DNA of 64,000 nucleotides. Source: Vulcanimicrobiota bacterium. Its GTDB lineage: Bacteria; Vulcanimicrobiota; Xenobia; Xenobiales; JADMJV01. The notes beneath the pieces were generated by a model that had not been told where the DNA came from, did no database searches, and saw only the letters and a program-made list of their open reading frames with translations. The DNA lies in the NCBI GenBank assembly GCA_050250895.1, contig JBFWNU010000005.1, forward strand, positions 480,001-544,000, given 5' to 3'. A program made the translations under genes and the position numbers. This document shows positions 19,787 through 29,046 of this stretch, piece by piece (the stretch's first letter is position 1; each line of letters begins with the position of its first letter).

Positions 19787-21036
19787 CGGGTCACCTCGGT
19801 CAGAATCCCCGCCAGGCGTTCGGTCTGGCGGCGAGCGTCGTAGTGGGCCTGTTGCTCTGGGTTGGGAGAGGTCGGCCCCTGTTGATAGAGTTCTTCGAGG
19901 CTCTGGGCTATCTGCGCTGGTTGATCAAGGCAAACCCTTGAATTGCCGGTCGCCCGGACCACCTCTGCCAGGGGGCAGTCGAGGGGCCCGGTCATGAGAA
20001 TGGGCCGGCCGGCCCCGATGTATTCGAAGGCTTTGCCGGTGAACAACCAGGCGGCGGTCGGGACCTGTTCCAGCACCAGGAGTTGAACGTGGCTGGTCAT
20101 CATCAACTGCCGAATCTGGGCATGAGGTAGAAAGCCGCGCACATCCAGCACCCCCTCCAGGGCCGGGCGCTCCAGCCAGGTTTGGCAGGCGGCCTCGACG
20201 CGACCGGCCAGAATCAACCTGGCCCGGCGCTCGGGATGGGCCGCCAACCATTGCTCGAAGCCGTCGAGAAACGCTCGCATGTCCCGCTGCGGGTGGATGC
20301 CGCCGGCGTGAAGGATGGTGAAAGGTTGGTCGGCGACCGGCTCGAGGCGAGGTTCGAAATGCGCCGGGTCAAAGCCGTTGGGAATCAGATGGATGGCCTC
20401 CTCAGCCAGGCTGGGGGGACGCCGTTGCCGCAAGCCCTCGACGATGCCCGGCGTGACCGTGATGACGGCCGAACTCGCTTCTAGAACGTTCTGTTCGAGA
20501 GCCTCTTCGCGGGCCTGGCGCTTGGGATGACGGCGGCGAAAATCCGCGTTGGAGGTGGTCCAGTCATCGCGAAAGTCGCACACCAGCGGCAGACCCGTGC
20601 TGGCGTGGACCCGCGCCCCAGCCACCAGCGTCGACCAGGGCTGAGCGGTGGCTATCACCGCCTCGGCCCGGTGCTGACGGGCCAACCGGATGGCCGCCCG
20701 CGAGGCGGGCCTGGCCCACAGGGCCCGGTCGTCGGGAAAGAGCACGAAATCGAAGGTCTTGAACAGGTTGCGAATCACTTTGCGGGGAGGGTCGTCCCAG
20801 GTGTCGGGGTAATTGTCGGGCTCGAGGCAGGGCACTCTCTCGACCACGGCTTGCTCAGGAATCTCCTGGACCAGGGCGGGGTCGCGGGGCTCTTTGGCCC
20901 CACCCGCGACACAGACCACGATGGGCTTCCAGCCAAACTCGGGCAGGTAGCGGGTGAAGCGCATGGCCCGCATCACGGCGACCCCGCCCAGCGGTGGATA
21001 GTGGTAGGCCAGATAGATTACCGGGCGAAGACTCAA
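19783..21036 (-). CDS. Glycosyltransferase family 4-like
   Basis: YHYPPLGG, DFRDDW, IPNGFD, GKAFEYIGAGRPIL motifs. Confidence 0.85.
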   Translation of the reverse strand: MSLRPVIYLAYHYPPLGGVAVMRAMRFTRYLPEFGWKPIVVCVAGGAKEPRDPALVQEIPEQAVVERVPCLEPDNYPDTWDDPPRKVIRNLFKTFDFVLFPDDRALWARPASRAAIRLARQHRAEAVIATAQPWSTLVAGARVHASTGLPLVCDFRDDWTTSNADFRRRHPKRQAREEALEQNVLEASSAVITVTPGIVEGLRQRRPPSLAEEAIHLIPNGFDPAHFEPRLEPVADQPFTILHAGGIHPQRDMRAFLDGFEQWLAAHPERRARLILAGRVEAACQTWLERPALEGVLDVRGFLPHAQIRQLMMTSHVQLLVLEQVPTAAWLFTGKAFEYIGAGRPILMTGPLDCPLAEVVRATGNSRVCLDQPAQIAQSLEELYQQGPTSPNPEQQAHYDARRQTERLAGILTEVTR

Positions 21037-21878
21037 CTGTATTCGGGCAAACTCGGCTTACGCGTGATCCAGAGTTGCTTGAAGACGTCACCTTTGAGAT
21101 GTTGGATGGGCTTGCGCTCGAGCAGCTCGAGCCCGAACTCCTCGAGGCGTTCCTCGACCTCTTCGTTGGAGTAGCAACGCTGGTAGAGCGTCTCGTCAAA
21201 CCGTTCGTAGAGATTGTCCTCGACCTGGATAAAGCCCACGATGTTGGTCTCGAGGGTCCGCTCTTCGGCGATGAGGTGGTAAGCACCCGACTTGTCGTGG
21301 GTTTCGACGAAGACGGTGCGACCGTCGAGATGGCGAATGCCATCCCAGCAGTTCATGTCGAAAATAAACAAGCCGCCGGGCCGCAGCGCTTGCGAGATGC
21401 TCTCGAAGGCCAGATCGAGTTCTTCGTCGTCAAACAGGTGGTCCAGGCTGTCGTGGGTCGAAATGATGCATGGCGTCTTCTCTTGCAGGCGGAACGTTCT
21501 CATGTCGGCCCGCGTGAAGCGAGCCGTAACCCCCGAAGCGAGCGCGCGACGCTGGGCATGGGCCAGCATGTTGTGAGAGAGGTCGAGCCCGACCATGTTG
21601 TAGCCGGCCTTGGCCAACTCGATGGTGATCACGCCGGTGCCGCAGGCGATGTCGACCACCTCGGCTCCCGGAGGCATGCGATAGCGCTCCAGAGCGTCGA
21701 GGATATGCGAGGTCATGGTTAAACAGAAGTCTTCGGAGCCGAAGACATCGTAGATGTCCGCAAAGCGGGCGTACTTATTGACGTTGACAACTTCCGCATC
21801 GTCATCCTGGGGGTCGCTTGCCCAGGGCGCGGGGTCCCGTGAGATCGTTGTCGACTCGCCGAGGGGATTGACGCTCAA
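21033..21878 (-). CDS. Class I SAM-dependent methyltransferase
   Basis: VVDIACGTG, GLDLSHNML, ADMR, LRPGGLFIFD motifs; start uncertain. Confidence 0.88.
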   Translation of the reverse strand: MSVNPLGESTTISRDPAPWASDPQDDDAEVVNVNKYARFADIYDVFGSEDFCLTMTSHILDALERYRMPPGAEVVDIACGTGVITIELAKAGYNMVGLDLSHNMLAHAQRRALASGVTARFTRADMRTFRLQEKTPCIISTHDSLDHLFDDEELDLAFESISQALRPGGLFIFDMNCWDGIRHLDGRTVFVETHDKSGAYHLIAEERTLETNIVGFIQVEDNLYERFDETLYQRCYSNEEVEERLEEFGLELLERKPIQHLKGDVFKQLWITRKPSLPEYS

Positions 21879-22044
21879 GTGGCTTTGGCCTTCATAGTGG
21901 AACAGATGAGGGAAGCGGCCCGCTTCCTTTGAGAGGGAATACGCTTTGGCGGGAGCGAGTTCCTGTCTAGGTATACACGGGCCGGGGCTCCAATCCGCCC
22001 CGCAAACAGGTGTTCGCGAGCAGGAACCCTGTTGCCAGGCGGGC

Positions 22045-22073
22045 TTGTCGGTTGCTGGTAGCCATGTTACAAT
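22045..22073 (+). promoter_or_regulatory. Putative sigma70/sigmaA promoter for the ABC transporter
   Basis: TTGTCG-N17-TACAAT with TG extended -10, ~40 nt upstream of AGGAG/ATG 22113. Confidence 0.5.
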
Positions 22074-22112
22074 AATTTGAACTTTAACCTACACCCTATT
22101 TCCAGGAGCGAG

Positions 22113-23249
22113 ATGGCCTCAGACACACCGGCGACCCGACAGTTGCGAGCCGACGAGGAAAGCAGGACGCAAAGCGAAGAACGGATCCCCGAAGGCGGGC
22201 TAGCGGCCGTCCGCGCCGCCCGTGAAGCCGTCGAAGCCAAAGAGGCCGAACGGGCCAGAGCCATCGCTGAAGAGCGCATCCCCGAAGGGGGGCTTGCCGG
22301 GCTCAAAGCCGCTCAAGAAGACTACCTGGTAGAGGCGGTCAGCCTCACCAAAGCCTACCTGGGGACTGAGGCCCTGCGCGATGTAAATCTCAAGCTGAAA
22401 GCCGGCGAGATTTTTGGTCTGGTGGGTCCCAACGGGGCGGGCAAGACTACCCTGCTGCGCATTCTGGCCACCCTTACCCAGCCCGACAAAGGCAAGGCCA
22501 CCGTCTGCGGCTACGACCTGAGTGAACTAAAGCAGGTGCGCGCGCGTATCGGTTTCATGTCTGACGTGCTGGGTGTCTACGACGACATGCTGGTGGGGGA
22601 ATATCTCGACTTCTTTGCGCGAGCCAGCAATTTGCCCGATGCGACACGCGATTTTTCGGTCAGCGAGACCCTCGAGACGATCGGCCTTTCCCACGTGAAG
22701 GACCGTCCGGTCGATGGGCTCTCCCGCGGAATGAAGCAGAGATTGGCTCTTGGTCGAGCCATCCTGCACAAGCCCAAACTGCTGCTGCTGGACGAACCTG
22801 CCTCGGGTCTTGACCCCTTGGCTCGGCGCGAACTACGCAACACGTTGCGGGGTCTCCAGCGTCAGGGGGCTACCGTCTTGATTAGTTCGCACGTGTTGGA
22901 AGATCTGGCCGAGATGTGCGACCGGATCGGTGTAATGAGCAACGGCGTCCTGGTTTGTGTCGAAGAAACCCAACGTCTGATTCGGGGCCGCGGATCGCGC
23001 TTCATGCGCTTGCGGCCCCTCGAGCGTAGTGAGGAACTTTTTCAATATCTGCGCGGTTACAATGGGATTGACGGTGTCTGCTGGGATGGCGACCATGTCA
23101 TTTTCCAGATGGAAGAGGCGACCGACGCCGATATCGCCAAATTACTAAGAGAGATTGTCGGGCAGGATCTACCCCTGCTCGCCTTTGGAGAAGCAGAACC
23201 CAACCTCGAGTCGGCCTATCTCAACGTGACTCGAGCCGGGGAAAGATAG
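22113..23249 (+). CDS. ABC transporter ATP-binding protein (ABC-2/DrrA type) with N-terminal extension
   Basis: GPNGAGKTT, LSRGMKQR, LLLLDEP, SSH motifs; RBS AGGAG before ATG 22113. Confidence 0.92.
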   Translation: MASDTPATRQLRADEESRTQSEERIPEGGLAAVRAAREAVEAKEAERARAIAEERIPEGGLAGLKAAQEDYLVEAVSLTKAYLGTEALRDVNLKLKAGEIFGLVGPNGAGKTTLLRILATLTQPDKGKATVCGYDLSELKQVRARIGFMSDVLGVYDDMLVGEYLDFFARASNLPDATRDFSVSETLETIGLSHVKDRPVDGLSRGMKQRLALGRAILHKPKLLLLDEPASGLDPLARRELRNTLRGLQRQGATVLISSHVLEDLAEMCDRIGVMSNGVLVCVEETQRLIRGRGSRFMRLRPLERSEELFQYLRGYNGIDGVCWDGDHVIFQMEEATDADIAKLLREIVGQDLPLLAFGEAEPNLESAYLNVTRAGER

Positions 23250-23261
23250 GAGAGCAACAAC

Positions 23262-25370
23262 TTGAAAGGCATCTCGATGGGGAGCCCCCCCCGATGGTTG
23301 TCCGGCTGGGCGCAGGTTGCCAGGCTGGGACTGATTTTTACTTTACTGATACTGGGTCCGATGCTGCTGGGTTGGTGTGGTTGCACCATGTTCGCCGTGG
23401 CTTCGGCAGCCTGGCTGCTGGCCTGCGCGATGTTGGTGGGCACCACCGGCTTCGCCGCCCTGACCAGCGAGCGCGAAAAGAAGACTCTCGATAGTCTTCG
23501 TCTCACGCAGTTGACCTCGAGCCAGATTCTGCTGGCCAAGCTGCGTCCCGAGTTCTCGCTCTTAGGACGACTGGCAGCAGCGATGGCTCCGGCGGTGTTG
23601 GTGGCCGGCGCCCTGGGCGGTTACGGCTGGATGGCCGGCTTGATGGTGGTGCTGCTGGGTCTAACCACCGGCGTTTTCTCGTCGGTACTGGCGATCTGCA
23701 CCTCCAGCCTGTTCGATACGACCTCGCGGGCCGTAGTGGCCGGCTGGGTCGGCAAAGCCCTCTGGCTGCTGCTCACGCCCCTGGCCGATACGATTTTGGC
23801 GGCTGTTTTGGTTCTGCGCACTCCGCCGCCGATCTTCTCCTCCCTCAATCCTCTGGCAGCCCTCAAGGTTCTGCTGTTGCCCGAGGCCGTGTCTCAAGGC
23901 TATGGCGTGCTTCCCTTCATGGGCTTGCTGAGCATGTTGGGCGTGGCCGGGGCCATGTTCGTCTTCGCCGCCCGCCGTTTTGACAACGGGCTGGCTGCCA
24001 GTGGCGGCGTTTACGACCGCCATCAGCACCCGGTCTACCGCCAGGGCTGGGGTCCGGCCTGGGTCCGCAAAGCCCTGGGTAGCAACCCCTCGTTCTTGCG
24101 TGAGATGGCATTCCAGTTGCGCTCGGGTGCTGGCCGTTGGCCCGGTTACGCCGTCTTCCTGGTGCTCTTTCTGGCCCCGTTCCTCTACGCTCAGTCGTGG
24201 TCGGCGGCCGACGCCGTGCGCCGGGCTGAGGCACCGGTGCCGGTGGTCGAGACCATCGAGACCTCTTCGAACCCTGTCGCAATCACCGCTCCCGGTGACC
24301 CGGTAGCCCCCCGTCAGGTTCGCCTGCGCACCCGCTATGGCGAGACTCTGATTCTGCCGGGCCACACCAACAAGTGCTGCATGCGCGTCCACCTCAACCG
24401 GGTGGCCCACGTGCCGCTGCCGGCCAACACCCGTCGCGTCATCACCGAGATGGCCTACAGCTACGACTCTTCCCCCGCTCCCGAGCGGGTCGAGACCACC
24501 GAGCCTTTCCAAACCACCCCTATCGACTACAGCAACGACAACAGCTACGGTTACTACAGCTCTCAGGTCGAGCGCGCCAGCCATGTGCGGGACCGCTCCC
24601 TGTCACTGGGCCTGGCCGGCTCGGTGATGCTGCTGCTACTTTATCTGGCCATTCGTTGTTCGGGCTTCCTGGCCACGGCCGTCACCGGAGAGCGTGACCG
24701 CCGCAGTTGGGAAGATCTGGCCCTGACCGGCATCTCGGTCGACACCGTGCTGTCGGGCAAGGTGGCCGGAGCGCTTGCTCTACCGCTAACCCAAATGACC
24801 CTGTGCTTCCCGGCACTGCTGTTCTTCGTCTACACGGGCAACCTGACGGTGGCCGAGGTGCTGGGACTATTCGTGTTCGCTACCGCCCTGGCCGTCACCG
24901 CCGCCCTCACCGGACTGTTCGCGTCAGCCTCCTCGGCGAGTTCCCACGAGGCCCACGCTCGCTGTCTAGCGATGGTGGTCGGCGGCTTCGCGCTGCTGCC
25001 TGCTCTGATGGGCGCCGGTTCGGCTCTGATCTCCCTGGTGGCTTTCGGCTGCGCCTTCGTGGTGCTCAGCCAGAGAGGTCGCTTCACCGAGGCGGCTGCC
25101 TGGGTCGGCGTGGCTACCAGCCTGTTGGTCAACGCCCAGGCAGCTTCCCCTCTGACTTCCGCCCTGTCGTTCCTGCCGTCGCTCCTGGCTACCCGCGTCT
25201 CGTTCATTCAGTCGCTGGGTGCCGGTGTGACCGGCCTGTCCCTCATCAACTGGATGGCTGCCGTGCTCTTCCTGGTCTCGGTCTCTTACCTGTTGTGGAG
25301 CGCCAGCCTGCGCCGTCTCGGCGTCAACGACAACGAGCCAGGCGCCCTGCGCGCCGAACTGGCTCACTAG
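23262..25370 (+). CDS. ABC-2 type permease with two membrane-domain repeats
   Basis: Two copies of the permease motif (SEREKKTLDSLRLT; GERDRRSWEDLALT), many TM segments, adjacent to the ATPase. Confidence 0.8.
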   Translation: MKGISMGSPPRWLSGWAQVARLGLIFTLLILGPMLLGWCGCTMFAVASAAWLLACAMLVGTTGFAALTSEREKKTLDSLRLTQLTSSQILLAKLRPEFSLLGRLAAAMAPAVLVAGALGGYGWMAGLMVVLLGLTTGVFSSVLAICTSSLFDTTSRAVVAGWVGKALWLLLTPLADTILAAVLVLRTPPPIFSSLNPLAALKVLLLPEAVSQGYGVLPFMGLLSMLGVAGAMFVFAARRFDNGLAASGGVYDRHQHPVYRQGWGPAWVRKALGSNPSFLREMAFQLRSGAGRWPGYAVFLVLFLAPFLYAQSWSAADAVRRAEAPVPVVETIETSSNPVAITAPGDPVAPRQVRLRTRYGETLILPGHTNKCCMRVHLNRVAHVPLPANTRRVITEMAYSYDSSPAPERVETTEPFQTTPIDYSNDNSYGYYSSQVERASHVRDRSLSLGLAGSVMLLLLYLAIRCSGFLATAVTGERDRRSWEDLALTGISVDTVLSGKVAGALALPLTQMTLCFPALLFFVYTGNLTVAEVLGLFVFATALAVTAALTGLFASASSASSHEAHARCLAMVVGGFALLPALMGAGSALISLVAFGCAFVVLSQRGRFTEAAAWVGVATSLLVNAQAASPLTSALSFLPSLLATRVSFIQSLGAGVTGLSLINWMAAVLFLVSVSYLLWSASLRRLGVNDNEPGALRAELAH

Positions 25371-25384
25371 CCTCTATCTGTTAG

Positions 25385-25415
25385 AAAGGCCCGCCTTACC
25401 AGGCGGGCCTTTTTT
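25385..25415 (+). terminator. Rho-independent terminator
   Basis: AAAGGCCCGCCT-TACC-AGGCGGGCCTTT stem running into a T-tract after the permease stop. Confidence 0.85.
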
Positions 25416-25437
25416 CTTTGGGAGGTTACCGTGGTGG

Positions 25438-25893
25438 TGAAAACCGCAAAGGCGCAGAGGCGCTAAGGGGAGGGTTGGACCAGGATAGTCGGTGCCTCTT
25501 CGAGGTTGAACACGGAGACCACCCAGGCCACGGAGGAGGTGGCCGTAACTGCCGCTATGGCGCCCGAGCGGGACGGGCAGTTTAGATGCGTGGATCAGCC
25601 ATTCTGCCCAGGAGCCTCCGTTCGAGGAGCTAAAGGCCTAAGCAGCCACAGGGGATGGATCAGCGCCCCGAATGCACGCCTGACAGGCCCTAAACCCATA
25701 AAAACGCCAGGACGCTCACCCCACGCCCCCCACAACCCTCTCCCTGCCCTCCTGGTCTCCGTGGTTCCTTTCTCGAGTTCCCACTGGCAGACGCCAGCAA
25801 CTGAGTTCGACAGTGCGCCGTGCCGCACCAGGTCGAGCGCCCACCCTCGAGCTGCACCGCACCCTTCGCGCCTCGGCGATCTCGGCGGTTTCA
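25438..25893. repeat. Non-coding element bounded by two nested pairs of inverted triplet repeats
   Basis: Outer arms 25438-25469 and 25862-25893 (AAC + 3x CGCnnAGG-like); inner arms 25509-25537 and 25738-25766 (AA + 3x CACGGAGAC-like). Confidence 0.65.
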
Positions 25894-25910
25894 ACGACAG
25901 CGAGCGAACG

Positions 25911-27299
25911 TCAACGGCGAAGGAAGGCCTGGCAACCTTTCACGATGGCAGCGGCGGCTGTCTCGGGGTAGCCGTCTTTGGTGAGCATCTCGCGCTCGAT
26001 GTCGGGGTTGGAGATGTAGTTGAGTTCAAGGAGCACGGCCGGCATGTCGGTCTGGCGGATGACGTGGAACGAGCGCCAGAGGTAGCGGCGGGCGGGCTCG
26101 CCCGTGGCCTCGCCGATGGGAGTGGCCAGGGACTGGGCCAGGCGGCGACTCTGGGGGTGATAGTAGTAGATGTCGGTGCCGTGGGCTCGCCGGGATTCGC
26201 CGATGTCGGGCTTGGCGTTGTGGTGAATACTCAGAAAGAGGTCGGCGTTGTGCTGGCGGGCCAGGCGCACCCGGCTGGCCAACTCTTCCGAGGCCGGCGC
26301 GTCGGGGGGAGCCACGTCGGTGTCGCGGTCGCGGGTCAGCACCACCTGGGCTCCGGCTGCTTCCAGGGCCCGGGCCGTAGCCAGGGCTACCCGCAAGTTA
26401 AGGTCTTTCTCGCGCAGTCCCCCGACCCCCACCGCCCCGTCGTCGATGCCTCCGTGGCCGGCGTCCACCACCACCGTCAGCCCGGTGAGCGAGCGAGGCA
26501 GGGCGGGCTTGACATGAAAGAGCAAAACATCGCCGTTCCATTCGGCATAGTAACCGCTGACCGGTCCGTCTGCCAGCGAGACATCGATCGTCAGGCCCTC
26601 GGCGTCGGGCAGAAGGCTGACCTCCTGGATGCGCGAGCCGGCAGCGGGAAGGGCGACCTCTCCCATGGTCATGCCGGTTCCGGCCAGGCGCAAGCGCAGG
26701 CGGTCGCCGTCTTCGTCGACTTGAAGCGGCGGCCGACCGGTCAGGGTGAGTCTGAGGGTGTTGTCGCGCACCGAGGCCGTCTTGAGGCAGGGTTGCTGAT
26801 AAACGGCTTGCTCGTCGAGGGTGACCGAGCCAACCTCGATCCATCCCCCGGCCGCCATTCGCAGCCATTCGCCGCGGCGGCCCGTGACCTGGGAGCGGAC
26901 TCCGGCCAGTAGAGGGTCGTAGCGATCAAAGGCTGGGTCGGGTCCGCTGCGAAACGTGGCCTCGTCGTGATGGACCTCGGCCACCGGAAAGGCATCGAGC
27001 ACGCGCACCTCGGTCAGATCGGCGCGGGCTCCGCCAGACTCGACTTCGACGCGCATCGGTCCGGCCTGGTCGGGAGCGCGAAAGCGGGCTCGGTGCTTTC
27101 GCTGCTGGGTCTGGTAAGGCACCAGCTGGGTTCCGGCTCTCACCTTCAGAGCTCTGGTCGGAGCCTCGAACTCGACCTCGACCATCTCTCCAGGGGTGGC
27201 CCAGACGGGACCGGGGGTGAGCAGTTTGGGCTCAAGCGGCGGGGACGGGTGGACGCAGCCGATGCCGAGTAGCAGAAGGAGCGGCCCGAGGCGTCTCAC
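25911..27299 (-). CDS. N-acetylmuramoyl-L-alanine amidase (Amidase_3) with SH3-like domain; probable lipoprotein
   Basis: VVVDAGHGG, EKDLNL, LFLSIHHNA, PAVLLELNYISN motifs; lipobox-like LGIGC. Confidence 0.9.
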   Translation of the reverse strand: MRRLGPLLLLLGIGCVHPSPPLEPKLLTPGPVWATPGEMVEVEFEAPTRALKVRAGTQLVPYQTQQRKHRARFRAPDQAGPMRVEVESGGARADLTEVRVLDAFPVAEVHHDEATFRSGPDPAFDRYDPLLAGVRSQVTGRRGEWLRMAAGGWIEVGSVTLDEQAVYQQPCLKTASVRDNTLRLTLTGRPPLQVDEDGDRLRLRLAGTGMTMGEVALPAAGSRIQEVSLLPDAEGLTIDVSLADGPVSGYYAEWNGDVLLFHVKPALPRSLTGLTVVVDAGHGGIDDGAVGVGGLREKDLNLRVALATARALEAAGAQVVLTRDRDTDVAPPDAPASEELASRVRLARQHNADLFLSIHHNAKPDIGESRRAHGTDIYYYHPQSRRLAQSLATPIGEATGEPARRYLWRSFHVIRQTDMPAVLLELNYISNPDIEREMLTKDGYPETAAAAIVKGCQAFLRR

Positions 27300-28345
27300 T
27301 TCTTGTTGCCCTGGAAGGGCGACCGCGTGATCACCCGGTTGCGACCCTCTTGCTTGGCTTGATAGAGGGCTTCGTCGGCTCGGGCAATGGCCCCCGAGGC
27401 CTTTTCACCCGGGCCCAGGACCGTGACTCCCAGACTGGCCGTGACTTCCAGTTCTTGCTCGTTCACCAGAAAAGGTTCGTCACCCAGCATGGAGCGAACG
27501 CGTTCGGCGTGGGCCCGGCCCTGTTCGAGGTCGCAGCCGGGCAGCACCAGTAAGAACTCTTCGCCGCCGTAGCGCCCGAAGCCGTCGTAGTTGCGAATGG
27601 CCCGCCGCACGCGGTCGGCCATCTGTTGCAGGACGATGTCGCCCACCGGGTGCCCATAGTTGTCGTTGACCTTCTTGAAGTGGTCGAGGTCCAGCAGCGA
27701 CACCGCTACCGGAGTTTCGTCACGCCGGGCCCGCGCCGCTTCGCGCTCGAGAATGTCGGTGATGGCCCCACGATTCCAGGCTCGGGTGAGCGGGTCGACC
27801 ATGGACTTGAGCTGGAGCCGGTCCATCTCTTCGAGCAGGTCGCGCTGAACCTGGCTGGCCTTGACCGCCATCAGTTCGTCTTCGGCGATGGCAGCGAAGT
27901 CTTTGAGGGCCATTCGCTGAGGCAAATCCAGGCGCCGGGGGTGGCGGTCCATGATGCACAGCGAGCCCACCGGGGTGCCATCCGGCGTGTGCAGCGGATA
28001 GCCGGCATAGAAGCGGGCGCGGGGCTCTTCAGTTACCAGCGGGTTGTCGGCAAAACGCTCGTCCTGGCGGGTGTCGTGAATCAGCAGCAGGCGTTCTTCC
28101 AGGATGGTATAGCTGCAGAACGAGGTCGACCGGGGCGTCTCGGGCACGTCCAATCCCTGGGACGACTTGAACCATTGACGCTCGCGGTCGATCAAGGTGA
28201 TGAGGGCGATGGGCACTTCGAAGAACTCACGCACCAGGCGAGTGATTCGTTCGAACCGCTCCTCGGCGGGAGTGTCCAGGAGCCTGAGGTCATAGAGGTT
28301 TCTCAGGCGCTGTTCTTCGTTCGGATGCAAGGGTGCTTGTTGCAT
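27296..28345 (-). CDS. GAF-GGDEF diguanylate cyclase
   Basis: GAF (EERFERITRL...RQWFKS...SFC...RFYAGYPL); DLDHFKKVNDNYGH and RYGGEEF; RxxD I-site (RNYD). Confidence 0.93.
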   Translation of the reverse strand: MQQAPLHPNEEQRLRNLYDLRLLDTPAEERFERITRLVREFFEVPIALITLIDRERQWFKSSQGLDVPETPRSTSFCSYTILEERLLLIHDTRQDERFADNPLVTEEPRARFYAGYPLHTPDGTPVGSLCIMDRHPRRLDLPQRMALKDFAAIAEDELMAVKASQVQRDLLEEMDRLQLKSMVDPLTRAWNRGAITDILEREAARARRDETPVAVSLLDLDHFKKVNDNYGHPVGDIVLQQMADRVRRAIRNYDGFGRYGGEEFLLVLPGCDLEQGRAHAERVRSMLGDEPFLVNEQELEVTASLGVTVLGPGEKASGAIARADEALYQAKQEGRNRVITRSPFQGNKK

Positions 28346-28391
28346 GACCTACCCTTCGTAGGATTCGGATTTTCTCCCGTTGACCCAGGGC

Positions 28392-28420
28392 TGGACACCC
28401 TCGCTACCCCATGCTATAAT
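28392..28420 (+). promoter_or_regulatory. Promoter of the tRNA operon
   Basis: TGGACA-N17-TATAAT with extended TG, 12 nt upstream of tRNA-Gly. Confidence 0.75.
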
Positions 28421-28432
28421 GCAGCCCGGCAG

Positions 28433-28504
28433 GCGGAAGTAGCTCAGCGGTAGAGCATCGGCTTCCCAAGCCGAGGGTCGCGAGTTCGAACCTCGTCTTC
28501 CGCT
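28433..28504 (+). tRNA. tRNA-Gly(CCC), CCA not encoded
   Basis: GCGGAAG/CTTCCGC acceptor stem, anticodon arm TCGGC-TTCCCAA-GCCGA, TTCGAA T-loop. Confidence 0.95.
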
Positions 28505-28516
28505 CTTGAAGCATCT

Positions 28517-28590
28517 GGCGATGTGGCCGAGTGGCTAGGCAAAGGTCTGCAAAACCTTCTACAGCAGTTCGATTCTGCTCGTCGCCTCCA
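28517..28590 (+). tRNA. tRNA-Cys(GCA)
   Basis: GGCGATG/CGTCGCC acceptor, AAGGT-CTGCAAA-ACCTT anticodon arm, ends TCCA. Confidence 0.95.
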
Positions 28591-28599
28591 AAAGAGTTC

Positions 28600-28676
28600 G
28601 GGCGCATAGCTCAGTTGGCTAGAGCACTACGTTGACATCGTAGGGGTCAGCGGTTCAAGTCCGTTTGCGCCCACCA
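28600..28676 (+). tRNA. tRNA-Val(GAC)
   Basis: GGGCGCA/TGCGCCC acceptor, CTACG-TTGACAT-CGTAG anticodon arm, ends ACCA. Confidence 0.95.
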
Positions 28677-28678
28677 CC

Positions 28679-28709
28679 GAGGACCCGCACACCTGTGCGG
28701 GTCCTCTTC
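28679..28709 (+). terminator. Hairpin/terminator after the tRNA operon
   Basis: GAGGACCCGCAC-ACCT-GTGCGGGTCCTC 12-bp stem with a weak T-tail. Confidence 0.65.
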
Positions 28710-28815
28710 ATGTATTGAGCTGGGCTCGCTCTCTCGAGCGCTAAAGGAGCAACCGGCTTGAGTTCGAACTTTTCGTCATGGGGAAGCGGGGTCGAGCGCC
28801 TTTTGGCCGCAGGTT

Positions 28816-29046
28816 TTGTTTGCGCATCCGAGTTCTTCCGTTGCTCTCGCTCTGGGCGCGCCGGGTCTGGCTCAGACGGTGATGGTTGGGGAAGTTGAAT
28901 TACCGTATGCCTCCCTCGGGGGCCGGATGCTAGTGCTTCAGAGGGATCTGGCGCCCGCTCTGCCTGACCTGCAGCCCGGTGACGACACCTACGATTTGCT
29001 CGACATCGTGCGCCGCCATCCCGACCTGGTAAAGGTGAAGTTGTGA
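28816..29046 (+). pseudogene. Short ORF resembling the N-terminal part of the next gene; possibly frameshifted in its signal peptide
   Basis: ALALGAPGLAQ signal-like end; segment pattern similar to the 29043 protein; an alternative TTG at 28820 gives MRIRVL out of frame. Confidence 0.3.

Noticed and set aside
25506-26912. 468-aa plus-strand ORF across the repeat element and amidase
   Set aside because: It is mostly antisense to the clear amidase gene, and its N-terminal part is a low-complexity translation of the repeat element.
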